A stretch of DNA of 64,000 bases from contig OZ253470.1 in assembly GCA_965261735.1 (NCBI GenBank), positions 3,392,001 through 3,456,000 of the forward strand, given 5' to 3'. This stretch comes from Alphaproteobacteria bacterium (lineage in GTDB: Bacteria; Pseudomonadota; Alphaproteobacteria; SHVV01). The position numbers and the translations under genes are program-made. This document shows, in pieces, positions 14,842-25,300 of the stretch. Within the stretch, counting starts at the first letter, position 1. The number at the start of each line of letters is the position of its first letter. The notes below the pieces were generated by a model. It was not told where the DNA came from. It saw nothing but the letters and a program-made list of their open reading frames with translations, and ran no database searches.

Positions 14842-17546
14842 AACTGCGATCACTGGCGCTCAACCAGTTTAAGAAGTTCACCGCACCGATGCGGCTGGAC
14901 GGAATCAACGATGGTCTGAATGTTGTGGTAGGCCCCAATGAAATGGGAAAATCCACACTTCTCAACGCCCTGCGAGCGGCCCTCTTCGAGAAATACAGCT
15001 CAAAGGCGCATCCCATCACCGCGTTGCAGAACGACCGCAACCAGGCCGGACCGGTGGTCGAGTTGGCGTTCGATCTTGACGATGGCCTCTACCGTATCAC
15101 CAAGCGGTTCATCAAGAAGCCCTATGCCCGTCTGTCTTGCCCGGACGGGCGCACGCTTGAAGGCGATGCCGCCGAGGAAGCGCTACGCAACCTGTTGGTC
15201 TTCGATGAACCCGGTAAGATGGGTGCAAAGCCGGAAACGCTCGGCATGTGGAATGTCCTGTGGGTTCAGCAGGGGCAGTCCATCGGTGCGCTCGATCTTC
15301 CGGAGAGCGCGCGGTCGAATCTACACGGTGCCCTTGAATCCGAAGTTGGAACCGTCCTTGGAGGCAGGCGGGGCCGAGCTCTTCCGGTGGCAATCGAAAA
15401 GCAGCTCGGTGAATTGGTCACGAGCAACAGCAAGCCGCGAGGCACTTACAGGGATCTGATTGAGGACACCGACGCCCTGCGAAACGAGCTTGAAGGCCTG
15501 CGCGAGCGGCGTCAGGAACTTGCTCAGACACTAGACGACCTCGAAGAAGCTCAGGAAACGCTGGCGCGCCTGTCCGTCGGTGACCGCGACCACGCAGACC
15601 AGAAGGAGCTGGCTGATGCACGAAAGCGGCACAGTCTGCTAGCCGAGTTGGAAGCCCGCATAGAAGCCGCGGCCAGTGACCTTGAGTTAAAAAGACGCAA
15701 TCTTGAGCAGGCCGGGCAAACACAAGCAGAGCGTTCCCGCCTGAGAGAAGCGATCACATCAGAAGAAGAGGTCGTAGAGACAGGCCGCAAACGGCTGAAT
15801 GAGGTGCGCCAGCAGGAGAAGGAAGCCCGGAAGCAACTTGACGCGTTGCGTGCCGGGGTTCGTGTGGCCGAGAAAGGTATCACCAAGGCTGACGAAGTCG
15901 TCTCCCGGCAGCGTCGCACGCTTGGTGCGGTAGAGCGCCAGGGGCGGATTCGAGAGCTTGAAGCCCGACGGGAGAAAGCGCAGACCGCTGAAAAGCGTCA
16001 GCGCGAGGCCCAGCAGAGCGCCGCCGCCATCCTGATTACGGATGAGTCCATCAAGGAGATACGTAGCGCCGCGAAAGAATGGGAGACCATCGAAAGCCGC
16101 CTGAGTGCGGCCGCTACCCGGATCATTTTCGACATGGCGCCGGAGGGTTTGTCCGGCATCGAAATTGATGGTCAGCCGCTAACAGCAGAACAGCAATCGG
16201 TTCAGGCCGTTGAACCGACCATGATAGCGATTCCCAACCGTGGCCGGATCACGATCGAACCGGCCATCAAGGACCGTGACAAGCTTCTTCGCCAGCAGAG
16301 GGAGGCCAAGGCCAAGCTCAAAGAGGCATTGCAAGCAGGCGGCTCCAAGACCCTCAACGATGCCGAAGATCAGTACACCAAGCGCCAGAAGTTCTTGCAA
16401 GAAGCGGATATTGCGCGGCAGGAGGCCGACCTGCACGCTCCGGCCGCTGACGACCGTGACGCTGGAGCGCAGGCGCTTGTCGATCATATCGAAGGATTGC
16501 AGCAGATCCTGAAACGCGAAATGGGCGAACTAGGCTTAGAAGAACTGCCGGCACATCACGAGGCCGATACCATATTGCGGACCACCCAGGAGCAGGCCGA
16601 AGAGGCGCGGCTTGCTGTAGACATTGCGCGGGCCGCGCTGAGCGGTCCGGAAGGCACACTGAGTGAGCTTCAAACGGACCTCGGCACTGTCAAGGCACGG
16701 TACGATGACAGCAAAGAGCGACTCAAAAAATTACAGCAGCAACTCGCAGAGGCCGAAGCGGCGCATGCAGACGATGAGCTTCAAGCCGCCGTTAGGATGG
16801 CCCGGACCGAAGTGTCAGACCAGGAATCGGCTGTTACTGATTTTCAGGCACAACGCACGGACGAGACGCTGCCTCAACTGGAGGCGCGCGTCGCCCGTCT
16901 TGGCAAGGCCATTCAGGACAGGCGAGACACACGCAGCAATCTCAGGGAAAAGCTCGCCGGGCTCCGATCGCATGTCGACGCGCTTGAAGGCGCCGGGCTC
17001 GACGAGGCAATTGGGCGGAAGGCTCGAGACCTGGAACTCCGCGAGGAAGAACGCAGGCGCTCAGAGCGTGAGGTGCAGGTTCTCAGCCTCTTGCTGTCAA
17101 CGCTACGCGCCGCTGAGCAGGAAGCCAAGCAACGGTATTTATCGCCGGTGCTGAATCGCGTACGGCCATATTTGCAGCTTCTGTTTCCCAGTGCCGAAAT
17201 CACGATCGATGAAAACCTTCACATCGTCGGAGTTTTAAGAGAGCCCGGATACCAGGAAGCCTTTCATCATCTCAGCATGGGAACCCAGGAACAAATCGCC
17301 ATCCTGATCCGGCTCGGGTTTGCGGAAATGCTGGTCGAACAGGGTCACCCGGCGACCGTTGTACTTGATGATGCGCTTGTGTTTTCTGACGACCACCGGA
17401 TGAGCCGCATGTTCGACATCCTCAATATGGCGGCCCGGAACGTCCAGGTAATCATTTTGACGTGCCGGGGCCAGCTCTTCGAGGAACTTGGTGGCCACCA
17501 ATTGTCATTGCAGCCCGGAAGCGCGGAAGAGCTTGTGTCCGCATGA
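14838..17546 (+). CDS. SbcC/Rad50-like (YhaN-type) coiled-coil ABC ATPase
   Basis: Walker A GPNEMGKST, long coiled coil, signature LSMGTQEQ, Walker B VVLDDAL; ATGA overlap with the upstream gene. Confidence 0.9.
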   Translation: MKLRSLALNQFKKFTAPMRLDGINDGLNVVVGPNEMGKSTLLNALRAALFEKYSSKAHPITALQNDRNQAGPVVELAFDLDDGLYRITKRFIKKPYARLSCPDGRTLEGDAAEEALRNLLVFDEPGKMGAKPETLGMWNVLWVQQGQSIGALDLPESARSNLHGALESEVGTVLGGRRGRALPVAIEKQLGELVTSNSKPRGTYRDLIEDTDALRNELEGLRERRQELAQTLDDLEEAQETLARLSVGDRDHADQKELADARKRHSLLAELEARIEAAASDLELKRRNLEQAGQTQAERSRLREAITSEEEVVETGRKRLNEVRQQEKEARKQLDALRAGVRVAEKGITKADEVVSRQRRTLGAVERQGRIRELEARREKAQTAEKRQREAQQSAAAILITDESIKEIRSAAKEWETIESRLSAAATRIIFDMAPEGLSGIEIDGQPLTAEQQSVQAVEPTMIAIPNRGRITIEPAIKDRDKLLRQQREAKAKLKEALQAGGSKTLNDAEDQYTKRQKFLQEADIARQEADLHAPAADDRDAGAQALVDHIEGLQQILKREMGELGLEELPAHHEADTILRTTQEQAEEARLAVDIARAALSGPEGTLSELQTDLGTVKARYDDSKERLKKLQQQLAEAEAAHADDELQAAVRMARTEVSDQESAVTDFQAQRTDETLPQLEARVARLGKAIQDRRDTRSNLREKLAGLRSHVDALEGAGLDEAIGRKARDLELREEERRRSEREVQVLSLLLSTLRAAEQEAKQRYLSPVLNRVRPYLQLLFPSAEITIDENLHIVGVLREPGYQEAFHHLSMGTQEQIAILIRLGFAEMLVEQGHPATVVLDDALVFSDDHRMSRMFDILNMAARNVQVIILTCRGQLFEELGGHQLSLQPGSAEELVSA

Positions 17547-17564
17547 ATTACGGAGGAGGAAGGC

Positions 17565-19493
17565 ATAAAAATATCATCTGTTCGCATTCAGAATTTCCGA
17601 TCCTTTGAGGACACCACAATACCTTTGAACGACTATGCCTGTTTGGTTGGTCCTAATGGCGCTGGGAAATCGAACATCCTCACCGCTCTCAACGTCTTTT
17701 TTCGTGAATCCGAAAATCTTCCTACCGACCTTAGCCAGTTGGATCAAGAGGATTTCTACTGCAAAAACACCGATGAACCCATCCAAATTACAGTCACTTT
17801 CACTGATCTTGATGATGAGGCGCAAGACGATTTTTCAGACTACGTCCGGCAGGGGCAACTCGTTGTCTCAGCCGTTGCCACGTTCGGCGGGACGACTGGA
17901 AAAGCCCAGGTTAAACAATTTGGGCAGCGGCTTGGCATGCTCGCTCTCGCGCCATTCTTCAAGGCCGTAGGTGAGGGTATGAAGGTCACTGATCTAAAGG
18001 AAATTTATGGCGGACTCCGCGTGATCTATGCAGACCTTCCTGCACCCGGCATTAAGGACGCGATGATACAGGCTTTGCATGATTTTGAAGCCGCGCGGCC
18101 GAATGACTGCGAGCTGATCCCGAGCGAGGATCAATTTTACGGCTTCTCAAAGGGGACAAACCGTCTCGCGAAGCAAATTCAGTGGGTATACGTCCCGGCC
18201 GTGAAGGATGCGACCTCCGAACAAGTTGAGGAGCGGAATTCGGCCCTCGGCAAGCTCCTGGCCCGCACCGTTCGTTCCAAAACCAATTTCGACGAGACGG
18301 TGAAGACCCTGCGCGTGGAGATGCAGCGACAGTACCAGGTGCTTCTCGACGACAGTCAGGATGTTCTTAATGAAATCTCTTCAACTCTTCAGACGCGGAT
18401 TTCCGAATGGGCGCATCCGGATGCACGATTGCGCCTGCAATGGAAACAGGATCCCGACAAGTCCGTGCGCGTCGAAGAGCCATGGGCACACATACTCGCA
18501 GGTGAAGGAGATTTTGAAGGCGAACTCGCGCGCTTCGGTCATGGCCTTCAGCGGTCATACCTTCTTGCCCTGCTGCAGGAACTTGCAGGCACCGATGCTG
18601 CGGGCGGCCCCACATTGATTCTCGCCTGCGAGGAACCTGAACTTTATCAGCATCCACCCCAAGCGCGACACCTCGCTGCCGTTCTAAACAAACTCAGCCG
18701 TGGCAACGCGCAGGTCATCGTTTCCACCCACAACCCACTATTTGTATCCGGCGAGGGTTTTGAAGACGTACGTATGGTGCGCAAGGACTCCGGTCGTGCA
18801 TGTTCGTTGGTGTCCCATATGTCTTTCACAGAGATCGCGCAGTCCGTCGCAGCGGGCACCGGCCGGCAGCCTGCCAAGCCTGAGGGCGCACTTGCGAAGA
18901 TTCATCAGGCCCTGCAGCCGGGTCTCAATGAGATGTTCTTCACCCGCCGGCTTATTCTGGTCGAAGGTCTTGAGGACATAACCTATATTCTTGCCTACCT
19001 CAATCTCCTCGAAAAATCAGAAGACTATCGCCGCATGGGATGTCATATCGTGGCTGCGAACGGCAAGAGCGAGCTATTACAACCTTTGGTCATTGCCAAG
19101 CACATGAAAATTCCAACTTATCTCGTTTTCGACGCTGATGCTGACAAGCCTGAGAAGAATGGCCGTCGGGAAAAGCATGAAAAAGATAATAAGGCGCTTC
19201 TTAACCTTATGGGCAAGCTGAACGAGAACGCAATGCCGGAGGAAACAATTTGGGGCGACGGGTTCACTATGTGGCATTCTGATATCGGCGCCGTCGTCAA
19301 ATCGGAGATCGGGAAGGATGCCTGGGAAGTATTTCGCACCGAGGCTGATAAGCGTTACGGCCATGCCGGCAAACTCGGAAAGAATTCTCTACATATAGGC
19401 GCTAGCCTCGCCTTCGCATGGGAGGCGGACAAACGTTCGGACAGTCTTGAACAGCTTTGTACCGCTATATTGTCGCCAGGCAATGACGTTTAG
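17565..19493 (+). CDS. OLD-family ATP-dependent nuclease (ABC ATPase plus TOPRIM); start codon reads ATA
   Basis: (I)KISSVRIQNFRSF, GPNGAGKS, GHGLQR, EEPELYQHP, STHNP, LVEGLED, FDAD; GGAGGAGG RBS before the in-frame ATA at 17565. Confidence 0.85.
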   Translation: MKISSVRIQNFRSFEDTTIPLNDYACLVGPNGAGKSNILTALNVFFRESENLPTDLSQLDQEDFYCKNTDEPIQITVTFTDLDDEAQDDFSDYVRQGQLVVSAVATFGGTTGKAQVKQFGQRLGMLALAPFFKAVGEGMKVTDLKEIYGGLRVIYADLPAPGIKDAMIQALHDFEAARPNDCELIPSEDQFYGFSKGTNRLAKQIQWVYVPAVKDATSEQVEERNSALGKLLARTVRSKTNFDETVKTLRVEMQRQYQVLLDDSQDVLNEISSTLQTRISEWAHPDARLRLQWKQDPDKSVRVEEPWAHILAGEGDFEGELARFGHGLQRSYLLALLQELAGTDAAGGPTLILACEEPELYQHPPQARHLAAVLNKLSRGNAQVIVSTHNPLFVSGEGFEDVRMVRKDSGRACSLVSHMSFTEIAQSVAAGTGRQPAKPEGALAKIHQALQPGLNEMFFTRRLILVEGLEDITYILAYLNLLEKSEDYRRMGCHIVAANGKSELLQPLVIAKHMKIPTYLVFDADADKPEKNGRREKHEKDNKALLNLMGKLNENAMPEETIWGDGFTMWHSDIGAVVKSEIGKDAWEVFRTEADKRYGHAGKLGKNSLHIGASLAFAWEADKRSDSLEQLCTAILSPGNDV

Positions 19494-19683
19494 TAACGGC
19501 CAGATGACGCTTTGGGAACCTCCATATACGTAGCCTGGGCTTTATGCGCCATTCTGACGGCGACGTCCGTCCATTGGTGCTTATTCGCTACTTTGCCCGG
19601 CTCGGCACTCGATATATGAGCGGGTCCTTATAAGCTTGATTCAGAAGGCGGACGGGAGATTGGCTGGGGAGTTGGAAAACGGA

Positions 19684-22371
19684 ATGCGTAGGACGGTGGT
19701 GGTGCATAGCCGCTACGCTTGGCGGTGTCACCGTACGAAGGCCGCGATCGAGGGCGAGCAGGGTCTGCTGATCGTGACTATAGAGCAGCTTGTCGCCCGC
19801 CTCGCGGGCGGATTTCTCCAATTCATTGACCCGGACGATCTCAAGACGGCGGTGGTCGCCGCTGTCGCGGAGCCTCTTGGAGAGTTCGAGAAGATCAAGT
19901 CACTGCCGGGGTTCCAACGCGCGGCGGCGACGAGCTTGTCGAAGGCATGGAGCGCGGGCCTGAAGCTGACAGAGGAAGCCGAGACCGCGGCCGATGAGAC
20001 CGCGAAAGCGCGCATCAGCTCGTTAGCAATGCTCGAAAGAGAAGTGCTGTCGCGTTTGCCGGACAATCAGGTCCGGCCGCGAGACCTCGTCACGGCGGCG
20101 TGCGGGCGTGTTAGCTATGCCCCCTCGATCTTTGGCCGAATCGAGGTCCTCGGTCGTACCGAGATGTCGCCGGTATGGAGGCCGTTACTAACACTGATTG
20201 GCCGGGAAACGGATATTGTCTGGGTGAGCGGGGCCAGGGAGACGCCGGAATGGCTGCCGGACTCAGGTATCGCGGTCGAGTCGATGTCAGCGGCGGCTCC
20301 CGAGATCCATACCGTGTCGTGTGCCAGTCCGCGCCACGAGATCCTGGAAGCGCTGCGGTGGGCCCGGCGGCATCTTGCCGAAGGAAGGCTGCCGCAAGAG
20401 ATTGCGATTACTGCGGCGTCGCCCGAATTCTGGGATGACCATTTGCTGGCGTTGGTTGAAGCCACGAATTTGCCGCTTCACTTCATTCATGGTCGGCCGG
20501 CGCTTTCTACGGCAGAAGGGCAGCTTGTGGCCGCGCTCGCCCAAATTCTCCTGCGCGGGTTTTCGCGCACACGGATCGTGCGTTTCGTGGCGCTCCTTCG
20601 CTCGCAATGCAGGCGCTTCAGTATCCTACCGGGAGATTGGTGGGTGGCCTTGCCGCAGGAAGCCCCGTTGCTCGACGTTGCCCATTGGACTACCGCCATC
20701 GACGCGTTGGCGCCAGAGGACTTTTCCGATGACGAAGACCACCGGCCAGTGCTGGAAGAAATCATCGACATACTACGCGAGGGGCTGACCGAATCGGCGG
20801 AGATCGGCGAACGGCTTCTCGACGGAAAGTCGCTGGCGGTTTGGCGCAAGGCGCTGACGGAGGGTCCCCCGGCCGCGCTGGACGTGACCCTGGCCGGACT
20901 GCGTGTCGACGACGGGGTCGAGCCCGGCGGCGCCATGGTTTGGGGGCCGGCATCGGCGATAGCCGCCGTTCCCCGTCCCTTTTCCTGGCTCGTCGGCTTG
21001 ACCTCGCGCTCGTGGCCGCGGCGGGCCGTCGAGGATCCGCTTCTTCCGAACCACGTCATCGCGGCGGACCGTCTCGATCCACTGCCCGTTCACGAAGCGG
21101 ACCGGCGCGATTTCCGCACGATCCGCGACATGACGGACGGCGAACTTGTCTGTTCGCGAGCCCGGCGCGACAGCGAAGGGCGGCTGAACGGCATTTCGCC
21201 ACTTTATCCGCAGGATATCTTCGAAACCTACTTCGCGCGAAGCCGTGAACCCGAGCATGCCGCAAGCGCAAGCGACCGGTTGATGGCAAGACCCGACGAG
21301 TTTGCCGCGCTGCCCCGAGCGAAGTCGGCGCTGGGGACATGGATCGACTGGCACCGAGAGAAGCTTTCCGGCCATGACGGCTTGGTAAGGGCCAATCACC
21401 CCTTGCTGGCCAGAGCTCTCGACCGGCGGCAGTCGGCGACTTCGTTGGTCAAGCTGCTCCGCGACCCCCTGGGATACCTCTGGACCTATGGTTTCGGATG
21501 GAGAGAACCCGAGGAAACGGATGAGCCGCTGACACTCGATCCACTCGCGTTCGGCAAACTGCTGCACGAAATTCTCGAGGAAGCGGTGACTAGTCTTGAG
21601 AGTGCCGGAGTTGGCGGCTTTGCCCGCGCGTCGACCGAGGCAATCGCCCAAGCCGTGGGAGAGGCCGCTAATATTGTCGGTACGCGGTGGGACGAATCTC
21701 GGCCCGTACCGCCTCCCGCGGTATGGGAACGCAAGCGCAACGAGGCGATGGAACTTGCTGTGACTGCATTGACTCTTGACGAAGAGCCTTTGCCGAATCA
21801 GCACAGCTGGGCTGAAATCTCGTTCGGCGGCGATCCGCGGGCAGAAGCCTTGGGTGACGAAGTCCGTGCCGGACTGCCGTGGGACCCCGGATCCGAAGTC
21901 GTCATCGCGGACACCGCGGTCTGCATCGGTGGATCGATCGACCGCCTTGACCTTGCCGGTGATCGAAGCCGTGCGCGCGTCACGGATTACAAGTCAGGGA
22001 AGCTCGGAGGTCGTCCACCTCAGATCAGGGGCGGGGCCGAATTGCAACGGTGCCTTTACGCGTTTGCGGTCAAGTCGCTCATCTCCACCCGGCCGCAAGT
22101 GGAGGCACGGCTACTTTATCCGCGCAAAGGCGGCCAGGCGCTGGCTCTTGACGACCCGGAGGGGATACTGGAAAGGCTGACGCGGTATCTGGCCGCGGCC
22201 TCTACTTCGTTTGCGAAAGGGAAAGCGCTACCCGGTCCTTCCGCGGAAGAGAGCTGGTACGACTTGGCCTTTGCGCTGCCGGGGGGCGCCAAGGAAAGCT
22301 ACCTTGAAACAAAATTGCCGTTGGCCGCCGAGGCTCTCGCCGCGATCGCGCCGCTGTGGGAGGAGCCTTGA
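19684..22371 (+). CDS. AddB-like inactive-helicase / PD-(D/E)XK nuclease
   Basis: SATSL...LLRDPLGYL, FGKLLHEILE, GSIDRLD, TDYKSG, LQRCLY; no Walker A. Confidence 0.8.
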   Translation: MRRTVVVHSRYAWRCHRTKAAIEGEQGLLIVTIEQLVARLAGGFLQFIDPDDLKTAVVAAVAEPLGEFEKIKSLPGFQRAAATSLSKAWSAGLKLTEEAETAADETAKARISSLAMLEREVLSRLPDNQVRPRDLVTAACGRVSYAPSIFGRIEVLGRTEMSPVWRPLLTLIGRETDIVWVSGARETPEWLPDSGIAVESMSAAAPEIHTVSCASPRHEILEALRWARRHLAEGRLPQEIAITAASPEFWDDHLLALVEATNLPLHFIHGRPALSTAEGQLVAALAQILLRGFSRTRIVRFVALLRSQCRRFSILPGDWWVALPQEAPLLDVAHWTTAIDALAPEDFSDDEDHRPVLEEIIDILREGLTESAEIGERLLDGKSLAVWRKALTEGPPAALDVTLAGLRVDDGVEPGGAMVWGPASAIAAVPRPFSWLVGLTSRSWPRRAVEDPLLPNHVIAADRLDPLPVHEADRRDFRTIRDMTDGELVCSRARRDSEGRLNGISPLYPQDIFETYFARSREPEHAASASDRLMARPDEFAALPRAKSALGTWIDWHREKLSGHDGLVRANHPLLARALDRRQSATSLVKLLRDPLGYLWTYGFGWREPEETDEPLTLDPLAFGKLLHEILEEAVTSLESAGVGGFARASTEAIAQAVGEAANIVGTRWDESRPVPPPAVWERKRNEAMELAVTALTLDEEPLPNQHSWAEISFGGDPRAEALGDEVRAGLPWDPGSEVVIADTAVCIGGSIDRLDLAGDRSRARVTDYKSGKLGGRPPQIRGGAELQRCLYAFAVKSLISTRPQVEARLLYPRKGGQALALDDPEGILERLTRYLAAASTSFAKGKALPGPSAEESWYDLAFALPGGAKESYLETKLPLAAEALAAIAPLWEEP

Positions 22372-22372
22372 G

Positions 22373-25300
22373 ATGGCGATTGATCGCATGGCCGCCCGGG
22401 TATCCGATGCCGCGGCGCGTGTCGCGGCTCTCACGGCTCATGAACGCTCCCTCCTCGTAGAGGCAGGCGCTGGCAGCGGCAAGACGGCTCTCATGGCAGG
22501 ACGCGTCGCGCTGCTTATTGGCGCTGGTACTGATCCGAAGAACATTGCCGCGATCACGTTTACGGAAGCGGCCGCGGCGGAACTTCTGGAACGCATAGAG
22601 AGCATCGTGCGGGATCTTCTCTCGGGCCAGGTGCCGGTCGAGCTTGTCGAGGCGCTGCCTTCCGGCCTGACCGGGGCGCAGCAAGCCAATCTTTTGAATG
22701 GTGCCGCTGCCTTGGATGAAATCACCTGCACCACAATCCACGGCTTCTGCCAGCAGCTGATCAGGCCTTATTCCGTGGAAACCAGTCTCGATCCTGGCGC
22801 CGCCATTATCGACCCCGCGGCGGCCGAACTCGCCTACCAGGACCTGATGGAGGCGTGGCTTTCGGCTCGGTTCGGCCGTGATCGGGGTGCACAGGGACTG
22901 GGGCGCGTTCCACCGATCAAGGATGCTGGGGACGGGGAAGATTTCTTTGCCGAACTCTTGCTGATGGCACCGGATGAAACGCTGGAGTTGATAGGACGCA
23001 CGGCCCAATTTCTCAAGGTTCACCGGACGGCGCAGCCAGCGGGCACCGGAATTGACCAAGCGGATTTTGGGCGGTTCGCGGACGCCATCGACGCTTTTGC
23101 CTCCTGGTATGACAGTTGCGGCGTCGCGGAGCAGGACACCGCCGTCTTGATCGAGAATCTGGGACCGATCGCCAATATGGCGCGAGAGGCTGCGATGCAA
23201 CCGCTGACCGGCCGCCGTATCGCCAATATGCTCTTTCATCATCCGCCATCGGCTTGCAAGAAAGGAGAAAGGGAGTTCAAGCAATGGCGGGCCAAGACGC
23301 GGTGGAAGAACGCGGTGAAGACCGTGGGCGGGAGCGCCGCTCAGGGCGAACAGCTCAACGCCGCCGGTGAAGCGCGCTATAGCGCTTGCGCCGAAGCGTA
23401 TGGTGCCCTCTGTGACAATCTAGGCGCGCTCGCGTTCCAACGTTTCGTCGACGAGTTCGAAGCGCTCCGGGATCTGTACCTGGATTACAAGCGCAACGCC
23501 GCCTTTCTCGATTTCGACGACCTGCTGCATCAGGCCCGCGATCTTCTCCGAAACAACGAAACGGTACGGCAGGAACTAGCGGACCTATACTCACGCATCC
23601 TGGTCGATGAATTTCAGGATACCGATCCCGTGCAGGTCGAGATCATTTGGCGGCTTGCCGGCGAAGGCGACCCCGAAGCACCATGGCATGAACACGCCCT
23701 TCGCCCAGGGGCGCTGTTTCTAGTGGGCGATCCGAAGCAGGCGATCTACCGGTTCCGCGGCGCGGACGTGCAAACCTACCTCGTCGCCAAGCGGGCGCTG
23801 TCGAATCGCGATCCGTCATCCGTACTGGAAATCTCGGCGAACTTCCGTACGCGAGAACCCATCCTGAAATACGTCAATGAGCATTTCGAGGGGATGCTTG
23901 ACGAGGCAAAGGGACAGCCCGGATTCACGGCACTTTCGGCGACACGCTCCGCGGGCGATGAACCAAGTGTCGCGGCCTTTGATATTGCCCTGGACGAACG
24001 GCACAAGAACGCCAAGGGAAGACTGCTAGTCGCTAGAATCCGTCGGGAGGAAGCAGCGCTCGTTGCCGATACCGCCAGGCGCCTGATCGGGGTTTATCCC
24101 GTCTGGGACAAGCACGAGAGGAAATTCCGGCCAGCGCGGGCCGGCGATATCGCTCTGCTCGCCCCGACCGGGACCAGCCTTTGGATTTACGAGCAGGCCT
24201 TGGAGCGCCGCGAGATTCCGATCGCCACGCAGGCGGGCAAGGGCTTCTTTCGACGACAGGAAGTTCAGGACTTGATCGCGATCGCCAGGGCGATCGCGGA
24301 TTCCCGCGACACACTGGCGTTCGGCGCATTGATCCGGGGGCCGTTGGTCGGTCTTACCGAAGAGCAGATCGCCGACGAGATCGAGGCGCTTCACGCCCGA
24401 GTGGAAGGCTCCGGCCGGCTCAATCTGTGGACCGATCCCGGGCTGATTTCCAGCGCCTTACTTCGGCAAACACTCGCCGTGCTGCAGAATTTGGCGCGGA
24501 AGGCCCGCCGGACCACGCCCCACCACCTGCTCGCTGAGGCCGTGGAAGAGTTGCATGTGAGGTCGATCCTGAAGGCGCGTCATCCGCGAGGCGCCGAACG
24601 CGCGCTCGCCAACGTCGAACTTGTTCTGGAGATGGCGCGCGCATATGCCGGGCGGGGAATCGGGGACTTTGCCCGCGCGCTTTGGCGGAGCTGGAACAAT
24701 GGTGACGCTCAGGCGGAGGGCCGACCGGACGCCGAGGCTGATGCTGTTTCGATCATTACGATGCATTCGGCCAAGGGTTTGGAATGGCCTATCGTGATTC
24801 CTATCAATTCAACTAGCACGCCGTGGTCGGATACGAACTTCCTTTACCGGCGTCAGGACGACAGCGTCCACTTCAAAATATTCGGCTTCCCGAGCCCCGG
24901 CCACGAAACAGTCCAGCAGGAAGAAAATGCTGAGCTACGGCGCGAGCGCGTTCGTCTCTGGTACGTCGCTCTGACCCGCGCACGGGACCTGCTCCTGCTA
25001 CCCAGGCAGAGCGAACGCATCGAAGGTGATTGGTTCAGCCTAATAGGCATCGATGTCGAGACGCTACCACTGTTCAGTGACGCACGTTTTGGGGGAGCGC
25101 CGGCGGCCGACGTCGATGCCGGTGCCAATGCGCAGGATGCCGCGACATGGGAGCGGGAGGCGGCAGCCATCGCCGCCAACCAACGGCGGATAACGTGGCA
25201 CCAGCCAAGCCGTCATGAGGACCCGGCGGAATCTGCGAGAGAGCCGGAGGCCGTGTTTGCAAACGCCGACGCGATCCTCGAAGCCATTGCTGCAGAGGCC

